Shown here piece by piece: positions 53,825-61,723 of a stretch of DNA of 64,000 nucleotides. Source of the DNA: a virus; IMG/VR virus record IMGVR_UViG_3300047160_007109, positions 12,925 to 76,924 of that record; one strand, written 5' to 3'. Each line of letters begins with the position of its first letter. Within the stretch, counting starts at the first letter, position 1. The notes beneath the pieces are model-generated. The model was not told where the DNA came from. It was given only the letters and a program-made list of their open reading frames with translations, and ran no database searches. A program made the translations under genes and the position numbers.

Positions 53825-54705
53825 CAGTCGCCGTCCTCGATCCGGTTCAGCCGGTCGTCGGGGATGGCGTCCCAGTACCGGCCCGACGGGACGTCGACCC
53901 AGAGGACCCGCCCAGCGACGCGCCGCCCCCGGTTGTACCGGTCCCAGACGATGCGAGCGACGGCCGTGCCGACGTCGCCCTCGACCCGAACCTCGATCCG
54001 GAGGGTGCGTGCCGCGGCGAGGAGCCGCCGGGACGGGTTCGCCTCCAGGATCTTGTAGAGGCGCTTCTCGTCGATGACGTGGGCGTAGCGGGACAGGACG
54101 ACGGCCGTGCCGAGGATGACCTCCCCGGCGAGCGGCTCCTCATCGGCGTGACCTGCCTTGACGAGCAAGTCGAGCGTCCGGTCGAGGATCTCCGGCCCGG
54201 CTCCCTTGAAGATGCGGCGCAGCGTCTCCGGCGAGCGGATCGCCCCAGCCCGGCGCAGGTTCCGGTTCACGGCGAGGCCGTTCTTGCGGATGATCCGGTC
54301 GATGGCGACCGTCTCCGGGTCCTTGGCGGCGAGGAGCGCGATGTAGACGTCGACCGTGTGCGGGCGGACCCGCTTCACGTTCATGTCGGCGAACAGCTTC
54401 GCTTCCCGCTCCCGGCTCAGACCGTGGAACACCTGACACGGAACACGTTCGTGTTCGCCCCACAGGTCCAGGATCGCGGCCTGCCGGTGCTGGCCGTCGA
54501 GGATGACTTCCTCGCCGGAGTCGCGGCGGCTGATCGTGAACACGCCGACGAGGTCCGGGTCGAACTCCCGGGCGATCTTGTCGACGCGGCGACGATCGAG
54601 GCACCGCTGATACTTCGGGTCGACGGCGAGGTCTCCGACCGGGAGCCACTCGAACGTCTGCTTGGTACCGCCTCCTGCGAGAGACTTCTCACGCGGAGCC
54701 ATCAT
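53824..54705 (-). CDS. ParB/DGQHR-like (DUF6551-type) protein
   Basis: LAVDPKYQR...VILDGQHRQAA...EAKLF..MN. Confidence 0.8.
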   Translation of the reverse strand: MMAPREKSLAGGGTKQTFEWLPVGDLAVDPKYQRCLDRRRVDKIAREFDPDLVGVFTISRRDSGEEVILDGQHRQAAILDLWGEHERVPCQVFHGLSREREAKLFADMNVKRVRPHTVDVYIALLAAKDPETVAIDRIIRKNGLAVNRNLRRAGAIRSPETLRRIFKGAGPEILDRTLDLLVKAGHADEEPLAGEVILGTAVVLSRYAHVIDEKRLYKILEANPSRRLLAAARTLRIEVRVEGDVGTAVARIVWDRYNRGRRVAGRVLWVDVPSGRYWDAIPDDRLNRIEDGD

Positions 54706-55258
54706 TGGGTTCCCCTTCCGGGTCGTGGCCGTCTCCCAGGCGGCCGAGGTTTGACGGGAGACCTGAGTCGAGGCCGTCGTTGAGGACCTCGATGAGCGGA
54801 CGGGGCGCAGGCTGTTTCCAGTAGCCGTAGACGCAGCGCGTCCCACCGCGGGAGCAGTCGTACGTGTCGTGGAGGACGCCGTCGATGACGGCGGCGATGT
54901 GGCGGGAGAGGCGGACGACGAGCCGTCCCATCGGGAGTTCGATCTCGCGCAGGTGGATCCGGCAGCCGGAGCCGATGCTCATGGTCGGGTGCCACTCCCA
55001 GCCGAGCGTCTCCTCCAGGTACGGCCGGTAGACCGACTTGTGGACGCCCTCCCGGGCGGAGCGCGACTTGCCGCGGCGTGCCATGCCGAACGCCATGTCG
55101 GCATAGACCGTCCGGTACGAGATGCCGGAGGCGATCGCGATGGCCCGGGTGACGCAGTCCCCGGCGGAGCCCTTGAACCCGGCTTCGGCGCGGCCGCCGT
55201 CGTCCTTGACGAACGTGATGGCGTACCGGCCGTCGTCGCCCATGATGATCTGAGTCAC
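54689..55258 (-). CDS. Conserved phage protein, putative papain-like Cys-His-Asp fold
   Basis: GDCVTRAIAIA...SRHIAAVIDG..HDTYD...CVYGYW. Confidence 0.65.
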   Translation of the reverse strand: MTQIIMGDDGRYAITFVKDDGGRAEAGFKGSAGDCVTRAIAIASGISYRTVYADMAFGMARRGKSRSAREGVHKSVYRPYLEETLGWEWHPTMSIGSGCRIHLREIELPMGRLVVRLSRHIAAVIDGVLHDTYDCSRGGTRCVYGYWKQPAPRPLIEVLNDGLDSGLPSNLGRLGDGHDPEGEPNDGSA

Positions 55259-55566
55259 GATGCCTCCGGGGCGGGAGCGCCCGGGTAGTCGGCGTCCCAG
55301 TCGGGATCGTCGGCGGGTTCGGAGCCGTTGCAGACGCCGCACCATCCCTGCGGGTCGGAGGCGTGCGAGCGGGCGAGTTCGAGCGTCGGGTGGCCGACGA
55401 GGCGGTTGTGGTCCTCGCAGACGGTGAACCACTTCACGTTCGGGTCTCCGGTGTCGTCGAGCCCGGCCTGAGCGCCGTGGTAGACGCCGACGATGGTGCC
55501 GGACTGCCGGGTCCGGGACCGCTGGACGCAGCCCTCGAACCCGGCGTGGCAGTAGTGGCGGCTCAT
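55255..55566 (-). CDS. Cys/His-containing hypothetical protein
   Basis: CEDH...WCGVC. Confidence 0.6.
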   Translation of the reverse strand: MSRHYCHAGFEGCVQRSRTRQSGTIVGVYHGAQAGLDDTGDPNVKWFTVCEDHNRLVGHPTLELARSHASDPQGWCGVCNGSEPADDPDWDADYPGAPAPEAS

Positions 55567-55925
55567 GCGAGGGCCTCCTCGGCGTCGAGGGTGCGCTCCC
55601 ACTGCGCCGCCTCGTAGTCGTCCTGCGAACGCCACGCTGCGATCTGCTCGGCGTGACCGGGGCAGGCGCAAGCGTCGTGGAGAACCGGGAGGCCGCAGCG
55701 ACCCGACGTCGGACCGTCTTCGGTCCAGACCTGGATGATCTCGCCGCAGACGACCGGGACGGCCGTACCGCCCGAGGCGGGAGCGACGTACGTGCGACCC
55801 GACGCCGCGACCCGGACGACGTAACCGGCGTCGAGAGCGAGACGAACGTGATCGGTAGCGACGCCCGGGCGATCGAAGTCCGGGCCGTAGGTGCCTTCTA
55901 CGAGTCCTGAGATGAAGCGGCGCAT
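55563..55925 (-). CDS. Hypothetical protein
   Basis: First gene after promoter 55963, CCCGAGGAGGG RBS. Confidence 0.7.
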   Translation of the reverse strand: MRRFISGLVEGTYGPDFDRPGVATDHVRLALDAGYVVRVAASGRTYVAPASGGTAVPVVCGEIIQVWTEDGPTSGRCGLPVLHDACACPGHAEQIAAWRSQDDYEAAQWERTLDAEEALA

Positions 55926-55962
55926 GGTCCCTCCTCGGGGTCCGGTGGTTGGCGACAAGGGC

Positions 55963-55992
55963 AGTCTAGACGATGCGGGAGCGAAAGTCTAG
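55963..55992 (-). promoter_or_regulatory. Dyad promoter copy: TAGACT-N17-TAGACT
   Basis: 8-copy motif plus GTCGCCAACC leader. Confidence 0.8.
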
Positions 55993-56543
55993 CCCCCAAT
56001 TTCTGCGGGCTCAGGGGCGAGCCCGAAATCCTCCTCGGAGAGCAAATCCACGACGATCGAGCGGACGTAGTCCCGGTCGGGGAACGGGTCGACCCCGGCG
56101 AGCCAGGCGCAGCGCGTCACGATCGGACGGCCGTACGCATCGGTGCCGTCGAGCAACTCGACGCCGATCTGGTTGAACCCGAACTCGAACAGGTCGTAGA
56201 CCTGCTGGCGGTACTCGGCGAACGCCGGAGTACCACGCCGGACGTCGCCGTCCTCGACGTACGGCTGCCACCACAGAGCGGCCCGAGCGTGGCGCATCAG
56301 GATCTCGGCGTTGCCGTCGAACCCGTCGGGGCGTGGGAACTTCCAGCGTGACGCCTCGGGGCCGTCAGCGTACGTCTCTTGCCGTTCGACCCACTGGGCT
56401 CGACCGTAGACCCAGCCCTCCCCGAACGAGTGGATCGGGTCCTGCTCATCCGGCTCGATGCGGAGCCGGAGGATGCGGCCGTCGGGCAGCGTGTAGCTGG
56501 CGTCGTCGGCGAGGGCGTCGGCGATCTCGGACGTGGTGGTCAT
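55989..56543 (-). CDS. Hypothetical protein
   Basis: 184 aa globular ORF. Confidence 0.7.
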   Translation of the reverse strand: MTTTSEIADALADDASYTLPDGRILRLRIEPDEQDPIHSFGEGWVYGRAQWVERQETYADGPEASRWKFPRPDGFDGNAEILMRHARAALWWQPYVEDGDVRRGTPAFAEYRQQVYDLFEFGFNQIGVELLDGTDAYGRPIVTRCAWLAGVDPFPDRDYVRSIVVDLLSEEDFGLAPEPAEIGG

Positions 56544-56794
56544 AACGCCTCCTTGAGCGCGGCTCGGACGTGACGTTCGGCGGAGGCGAACGCCTCCATC
56601 TCGCCGTAGTGCCAGCCGGACGATTCCCAGCCGCAGGTGCAGTACGCCTTGTAGTCGGCCGAGCCCGGCCGGGAGCGGAACGCCTTACCCCAATCCATGC
56701 CGGTCGTGATCGTGTGGCCGGGCACGTCGGCGTTGCGGACGAACAGAGCCGCCGCGCGCCGCCGCTTCATGTACCGGTCGACGGAGTCGGTCAC
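56540..56794 (-). CDS. Hypothetical protein
   Basis: CTCGW..H motif. Confidence 0.6.
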   Translation of the reverse strand: MTDSVDRYMKRRRAAALFVRNADVPGHTITTGMDWGKAFRSRPGSADYKAYCTCGWESSGWHYGEMEAFASAERHVRAALKEAL

Positions 56795-56919
56795 GGCCGA
56801 GCCTCCCGCTCGACGATGTCGAGTCCCTTCGCCCGGAGAGCGGCGAGGAAGTCCGGCGACTTCGCCATGACGGACAGCGGGATCGTGTCGAGGACGTCGA
56901 GGATCTGCTCGTCGGTCAC
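56791..56919 (-). CDS. Small hypothetical protein (42 aa)
   Basis: GTGA overlaps on both sides. Confidence 0.55.
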   Translation of the reverse strand: MTDEQILDVLDTIPLSVMAKSPDFLAALRAKGLDIVEREARP

Positions 56920-57077
56920 GGCTGGACGACCTTGATGATGCCGTCGCGGGCGAGCGCCCGGACGAGCCGATCGGCCTCGACCTTGGCCGGGTCCGGCGAC
57001 CACGGCCCGGTCGGGTTCGGCCAGGGCGTACCGGGCTCCGGCAGCGCCGGAACGTCGAACAGGGTGAGAGCGGTCAT
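56916..57077 (-). CDS. Small hypothetical protein (53 aa)
   Basis: ATG behind CCCGAGGAGGG. Confidence 0.6.
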   Translation of the reverse strand: MTALTLFDVPALPEPGTPWPNPTGPWSPDPAKVEADRLVRALARDGIIKVVQP

Positions 57078-57118
57078 GGCGGTTCCCTCCTCGGGAGACA
57101 GTGTGCGGGTCGGGTGTG

Positions 57119-57325
57119 TCACCGGAGCTTCGCTCCGGCCTCGCGGTCGGCCTCGGCCTGGAGGCCGAGTTGGGCGATGCGGAACGTGAGCGCCGTCACG
57201 TCCCATCCCGCCTCGTCGTACGCCTCGGCGTGCCGGGCGCAGACTTGCGACACGTGGTCCCCGCTCCGGGCCGTGTGCGTGTACGGCGAGGAGCAGCGGC
57301 GGCAGCGGTCGCGTGCGACGGTCAT
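57119..57325 (-). CDS. Small Cys-containing protein
   Basis: CRRC...C..H. Confidence 0.5.
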   Translation of the reverse strand: MTVARDRCRRCSSPYTHTARSGDHVSQVCARHAEAYDEAGWDVTALTFRIAQLGLQAEADREAGAKLR

Positions 57326-57606
57326 CGCAGCACCAACCATGCTGCTTCGCACGCCCCGGCGATGGCCGAGTTGAGAGCGACGAGAGCGGCGGCTGCCTTG
57401 GCGGCGGACTCCTCGTCCGAGCCGAACAGGTCCTCCTCCGAGCGGAACTCGTCGACGTCCTGCATGGCGTCTTCGAGAGCGCCGGTCTCGGCCATCTCGT
57501 CGGCGTCGATGACGGCCCGGAACAGGTCCGAGTGGAGCGCGAGCCCGACGTTGTAGCGGGCGTCGAGTTCCGGGAACTGCATGCGGGTGGCGGGGTTCTT
57601 GCTCAT
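57322..57606 (-). CDS. Acidic hypothetical protein
   Basis: First gene after promoter 57644. Confidence 0.7.
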   Translation of the reverse strand: MSKNPATRMQFPELDARYNVGLALHSDLFRAVIDADEMAETGALEDAMQDVDEFRSEEDLFGSDEESAAKAAAALVALNSAIAGACEAAWLVLR

Positions 57607-57643
57607 GGTCCCTCCTCGGGGTCCGGTGGTTGGCGACAGGTCA

Positions 57644-57673
57644 AGAATAGACCCGGCGGGAGCCGTTGTCTAG
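57644..57673 (-). promoter_or_regulatory. Dyad promoter copy: TAGACA-N17-TATTCT
   Basis: 8-copy motif plus GTCGCCAACC leader. Confidence 0.85.
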
Positions 57674-57676
57674 TCC

Positions 57677-57877
57677 CTAGCGGGGCCGGATGATGAAAAG
57701 TTCGGTGAAGGTCATCCCGTTCCCCTTCGCGTGGGGGATCAGGTCGAACTCCACGTCGACGAGCCCGGCGGCCTGGAGCACCTCGACCGTGCGGCGAGCC
57801 CGGCCGTTGCGGCGAACCTCGCCACGCTCGCGGACGAGGGCGAGGAGCGCCTCCTGCGGGGCGGTGAGCTTGGTCAT
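57677..57877 (-). CDS. Small protein, possible winged helix
   Basis: KLTAPQEALL...TVEVLQAAGLV. Confidence 0.6.
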   Translation of the reverse strand: MTKLTAPQEALLALVRERGEVRRNGRARRTVEVLQAAGLVDVEFDLIPHAKGNGMTFTELFIIRPR

Positions 57878-58002
57878 CGGACGAACTCCTTCTTGAGTGA
57901 CGAGCGGACAGCGCCGCGCTTGCCGATCTTCCGATCGCGCTGCTCGGCGAGGTAGAGCTTGTGGCCCTGGTAGCGGGACGGGTAGTGGACTGAGCGGCTC
58001 AC
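57874..58002 (-). CDS. 42-aa basic peptide
   Basis: GTGA/ATGA overlaps; below ORF-track cutoff. Confidence 0.5.
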   Translation of the reverse strand: MSRSVHYPSRYQGHKLYLAEQRDRKIGKRGAVRSSLKKEFVR

Positions 58003-58112
58003 CGGGCGACCTCCTGCGTGGTGGCGTCGAGGACCTCGTCGCACAGGGCGAGGAAGTCGTCGATCCGGCGGTTGATCCGCTCCCGGATCTTGGTGGTGGG
58101 GTTCTGCTCCAT
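57999..58112 (-). CDS. 37-aa peptide (MEQNPTTKIRER...)
   Basis: ATG behind CCCGAGGAGGG, first gene after promoter 58151. Confidence 0.6.
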   Translation of the reverse strand: MEQNPTTKIRERINRRIDDFLALCDEVLDATTQEVAR

Positions 58113-58150
58113 CGGGACCCTCCTCGGGCTCGTTCCTGCTGGCACCCCCG

Positions 58151-58180
58151 ACACTAGACCAAACCGGAGCCGATGTCTAG
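58151..58180 (-). promoter_or_regulatory. Dyad promoter copy: TAGACA-N17-TAGTGT
   Basis: 8-copy motif in divergent intergenic gap. Confidence 0.8.
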
Positions 58181-58207
58181 ACCTTTCGTCCGGGTATACA
58201 GGTCCGC

Positions 58208-58552
58208 GTGGTCGACTGGTGGCGGCGGGTCCGCGCTTGGTTCGAGCGGCTCGCCGACGAGACGAACCGGCCGGTCGCCATCCGGCGCATGAACGGCTGG
58301 GCGGCGATCGTTTCGCTGATCCTCATCGCTCCGACCGTGTTTTGGCTCCAGGACTCGATCCTGTGGGTGGCGTTCCTTTCGATCTGGGCGTTGTTCGCGA
58401 CGCACTACGGGACGTGGTTGACAGCCCGAGTCGAAGTCCGCCAGGAGCAGGTGCAGGCGACGCTCCACGTCGAGCCCGGCGACGAGCCCGGCGACATCGA
58501 CGTGTCCGGAACGATGGAGACGAGCCCCGTCGACGAGGACGAACCCAGCTAG
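58208..58552 (+). CDS. Membrane protein, the only credible plus-strand gene
   Basis: Two hydrophobic helices (WAAIVSLILIAPTVFWL, ILWVAFLSIWALFATH); fills a gap with no good minus-strand ORF. Confidence 0.7.
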   Translation: MVDWWRRVRAWFERLADETNRPVAIRRMNGWAAIVSLILIAPTVFWLQDSILWVAFLSIWALFATHYGTWLTARVEVRQEQVQATLHVEPGDEPGDIDVSGTMETSPVDEDEPS

Positions 58553-58743
58553 ATCGCCATGTCCGGGTACTCCGGGCCGTCGATGCCGAGGGCGCGTTCG
58601 CGCTTCTCGATCCAGGCGATCGCGGCGGCGAACACGTCCTCGGAGATCCGGCCGCGTTCCCGCCACCAGTAGACCTCGGCCCGAGCGGTCCGGGCGGTGA
58701 TCGCGTCGATGACGACGATCGGGTTCGGGAGGTTCAGACCCAC
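58549..58743 (-). CDS. Small hypothetical protein
   Basis: GTG start; convergent 4-nt overlap with plus-strand gene. Confidence 0.55.
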   Translation of the reverse strand: MGLNLPNPIVVIDAITARTARAEVYWWRERGRISEDVFAAAIAWIEKRERALGIDGPEYPDMAI

Positions 58744-59003
58744 GGCATCGGGGCGAGCGGGAGCGTGATCGAGCCGACTGGCGGGAGGAGCGCCGGGACG
58801 TGCGTCTTGGTGACGTTGACGCCGTGCGGGGCGGATTGGGAGCCGTACTGGAAGCGTGCGCCGTCGGGGAGGACCCAGGCGAACAGGATCGTGACCGGGC
58901 CGGGGATCGGGTCGAACTCGACCGTCTGCGGGACGGTCAGGTCGAGGTCGCCGTGCCAGACCCGAGCCCGAGTGTCCATCCGGTAGACGGCGCACTCCGT
59001 CAC
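58734..59003 (-). CDS. Small hypothetical protein
   Basis: GTGA overlap start (VTECAVYR). Confidence 0.55.
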   Translation of the reverse strand: MTECAVYRMDTRARVWHGDLDLTVPQTVEFDPIPGPVTILFAWVLPDGARFQYGSQSAPHGVNVTKTHVPALLPPVGSITLPLAPMPWV

Positions 59004-59176
59004 GATGCGGCCAGGGCGTTCCAGGCGTAGACGAACGCGACGAACGCGAGCCCGGCGGCGACGAGGTTGAACCGCTCCGGGACCCGGGCGAGCGCCGCGA
59101 CAGCGAACAGGACGAGAGCGATCAGGAAAAAGATCGCCTGCGCCGTCTGGCTCATGGTCGAGAGGGCGAGCACCAT
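59000..59176 (-). CDS. 58-aa two-TM membrane protein
   Basis: QAIFFLIALVLFAVAAL...FNLVAAGLAFVAFVYAW; GAGGAGG RBS; below ORF-track cutoff. Confidence 0.65.
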   Translation of the reverse strand: MVLALSTMSQTAQAIFFLIALVLFAVAALARVPERFNLVAAGLAFVAFVYAWNALAAS

Positions 59177-59185
59177 CGGTCCTCC

Positions 59186-60025
59186 TCAGAGCGGCCGACC
59201 GTCGATGACGACCGGGTCGTGTACGAGCGCCGGGACGACCTCCTCGTCGATCGACTCGGGATGGGTCGGCCGAGAGCGCCAGTACCACTTACGGTAGATC
59301 CCGGCGATCTCCTCGTCGGTGAACTTGTCGTACCCGCGCCAGTGCGCTCCGAACTCCTCGCCGAGCGTCGTCGCCCGGTACGCCGCCGCACCGTTGCGGA
59401 CCTTGCGGATCATCTGCGCCTCGGAGCGGTACGGGAAGTGGCGGACCTTGAGGACCGGCGTCGGCGTCGTCAGCCCGTAGTTCGCGCCGTGGTTCCCCAT
59501 CTCGATCGTGACCGGCATGACCGGCCGGACGGCGACCTTGGGGAGCGTGATCGGGACCGGGACGCGGTACTGGATGCGGCGGACCGGGTTCGCGTCGCCG
59601 TTGTCGAGGGCGGTCGCCCGGTAGTCGTAGACCCATGCCTTGGCGATCGACTCCGAGCCCGGGAGCGAGGCGAGGACCTGCGCGACCGTGCCCCACTCCG
59701 GCTCGCGGGAGTACCAGAGTTCGTCGGCGTCGAACGGGACGACCCAGTCGGCGTCCCAGACCATCCGGACTTCGTGGGCGAGCGCCGTCATCTGCGCCGA
59801 CTGGTAGTAGCCGACCTCGTCGTCTTCGGTGACGATCAGCCGGGAGCCGACAGCGGGACCGCCGCGGTACTCGTCGGCGAGCCGCCGGAGGATCGCGAGC
59901 GTCCCGTCGGTTGAGCCGTTGTCGGCGATGAGGACCCGGTCCATCTGGGCGAGGGCGTGGCGGACCGTCGTCTCGATGATGTCGGCCTCGTCCTTGACGC
60001 GGCAGATTCCGGCGACGAGGACCAT
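59186..60025 (-). CDS. Glycosyltransferase family 2
   Basis: CRVKDEADII, IADNGSTDGT, PFDADELW, VRHFPYRS. Confidence 0.9.
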   Translation of the reverse strand: MVLVAGICRVKDEADIIETTVRHALAQMDRVLIADNGSTDGTLAILRRLADEYRGGPAVGSRLIVTEDDEVGYYQSAQMTALAHEVRMVWDADWVVPFDADELWYSREPEWGTVAQVLASLPGSESIAKAWVYDYRATALDNGDANPVRRIQYRVPVPITLPKVAVRPVMPVTIEMGNHGANYGLTTPTPVLKVRHFPYRSEAQMIRKVRNGAAAYRATTLGEEFGAHWRGYDKFTDEEIAGIYRKWYWRSRPTHPESIDEEVVPALVHDPVVIDGRPL

Positions 60026-60708
60026 CAGACCGCTTCGCAGACGGCGACTTGCGTTGCCATGCAGGACCACGACTGGTCGTGGCCGCGGGTGAGGCCGAGG
60101 AACCGGATCCGGAACCCGGCGTCGTCGAGGAGCGCGTGGAACTCCGCCGCGTTCCACTCACGGACGTGGCAGATGTTCGGCGACGGTCCCCGATGCTCAT
60201 AGCCGTGCTGCAAGTCCCGTTCCGGCGTCGAGAACACGTAGACCGACCGGTCGAGCTTCCGGAGAGACTCCAGGAGCGGCCGCGGGTCCATCAGGTGCTC
60301 GACGACGTCGGAGACGACGACGACCGCCTGATACCCGACGACCATGTCGAGCCGGTCGAGGCAGCCGGACGTTTCGAGGTTCGCTTCGATCCAGCGGCCC
60401 CACGGATACGTCGTGCGGCAGCGGGCGAGGTTGGTGCCGTAGTCGACGCCGACGAACGTCCAGCCCGGGTGCCGTCCGTGGATGGCGGCGAGCTTCTCGG
60501 CCCAGCCGCAGCCGACGTCGAGGATCGCCGGAGTCTCGGCTTCGAGGATCGTCGCCGAGGCGATCCACTCGGCGAGCCGGTAGACGTCCGGCTGGAACGT
60601 GACCGTGATGGCATCGTCCCAGTCGGCCGAGCGGGGCGAGTCCTCGAAGTAGATCGGGACAGGCCGCTCCACGTAGTCGGGCGGCAGATGCAGGCCGGGA
60701 TCAGGCAT
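60025..60708 (-). CDS. Class I SAM-dependent methyltransferase
   Basis: ILDVGCG, VGVDY, SDVVEHLMDP, STPERD, HVREW. Confidence 0.88.
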   Translation of the reverse strand: MPDPGLHLPPDYVERPVPIYFEDSPRSADWDDAITVTFQPDVYRLAEWIASATILEAETPAILDVGCGWAEKLAAIHGRHPGWTFVGVDYGTNLARCRTTYPWGRWIEANLETSGCLDRLDMVVGYQAVVVVSDVVEHLMDPRPLLESLRKLDRSVYVFSTPERDLQHGYEHRGPSPNICHVREWNAAEFHALLDDAGFRIRFLGLTRGHDQSWSCMATQVAVCEAV

Positions 60709-61358
60709 CAGGGTCTCCGTTGGGCGATGGTGAGGCCGCGCGGCGTCGGCAGGTCGAGCATGAGAAGCCGGTCGCCGAGGCACCGGTCGAGTTCGTCGCG
60801 CAGCGATAGGCCCGAGGCGATCCGATGGCCGCCACGGCCGGGAGCCGTGTCGTGGAAACAGACGACCGCTCCCGGCGCGAGGAACCGCTCGAACCGCTCG
60901 AACTCGGGGACGCGTAGCTCGTAGAGCGAGTCGAGCCAGACGAGCCCGAACCGGACGTCGTGGGGCGGCGTCCAGTCGAGCGACGAGGAAGCGATCCCGT
61001 ACGTGTGCCCGATCCGAGCGAGTCGCCGCTGCGCGTAGGCGAGGCGCTCACCGTCCGGGTCGAGCGTCCAGAGGACGCCGCGCCCGTTCTCCCGGAGGCC
61101 GAGCGCGATCTGCTCGGCGGTCTGGCCGAACGCGGTGCCGGTTTCGAGGACGTCGTCGGGTTGAAGCGCGCGGACGAGCCCGTAGGCGACGTCGGAGACC
61201 TCGATCTCCGTCGAGTCGCCGTCGGTGGAATGCCACCGTCCAGGATGCGGGCAGCGGGCGTCCGGGGCGATGAACCGCGACTCGGGGAGCGGGTCGTCGC
61301 CGGGGACGTCACGGCCTGGTTCGCCTGCCATGCCAGTCGGGACGAACGGCTCCGCCAT
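60708..61358 (-). CDS. Class I SAM-dependent methyltransferase (Methyltransf_24-like)
   Basis: VLETGTAFG, WTLDPD, LVWLDS, VVCFHDT. Confidence 0.85.
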   Translation of the reverse strand: MAEPFVPTGMAGEPGRDVPGDDPLPESRFIAPDARCPHPGRWHSTDGDSTEIEVSDVAYGLVRALQPDDVLETGTAFGQTAEQIALGLRENGRGVLWTLDPDGERLAYAQRRLARIGHTYGIASSSLDWTPPHDVRFGLVWLDSLYELRVPEFERFERFLAPGAVVCFHDTAPGRGGHRIASGLSLRDELDRCLGDRLLMLDLPTPRGLTIAQRRP

Positions 61359-61723
61359 CAGTCGACCTTCCGCGTGTATCGGCCGAGAGCGTCCCGGCCT
61401 CGATGCTGGCGTCCCTTCCGGACCTTGTCGGCGTTGTTCTCGGCCGCCGTCCCCGCGAACAGGTGCGCCGGATTGCAGCACGACGGGTTGTCGCATGAGT
61501 GGCAGACCTGGATGCGCGAGGGGAGCCGGACGCCGTTTACGAACTCGTAGACGAGGCGGTGCGCTGACGTGTGTCCGCCGTCGCGTCCGGTGCGCCGAAC
61601 GATCCCGTACTGGCGCGACTTCCCGCCGCCGACCCGGCCGAGCCACGGCCAGCACTCGTCCGGGCCGCGCCGATCAACCATCGCCCAGAGGCGCTCGCCG
61701 AGCGGGATCCGTGGCGGAGCCAT
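61358..61723 (-). CDS. HNH homing endonuclease
   Basis: [33 protein letters not shown]. Confidence 0.9.
   Translation of the reverse strand: MAPPRIPLGERLWAMVDRRGPDECWPWLGRVGGGKSRQYGIVRRTGRDGGHTSAHRLVYEFVNGVRLPSRIQVCHSCDNPSCCNPAHLFAGTAAENNADKVRKGRQHRGRDALGRYTRKVD

Noticed and set aside
53824-54705. Dnd phosphorothioation system suggested by DGQHR
   Set aside because: No dndA/C/D/E-like genes in the window
568-58180. CTAGAC/GTCTAG dyads as att, transposon-end or restriction sites
   Set aside because: Fixed 17-bp -35/-10 geometry, uniform orientation and position ahead of start codons fit promoters; no integrase or transposase seen
60025-61358. DNA methyltransferases / restriction-modification
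   Set aside because: No DPPY/NPPY or PC catalytic motifs; they resemble small-molecule or sugar methyltransferases and sit among GTs
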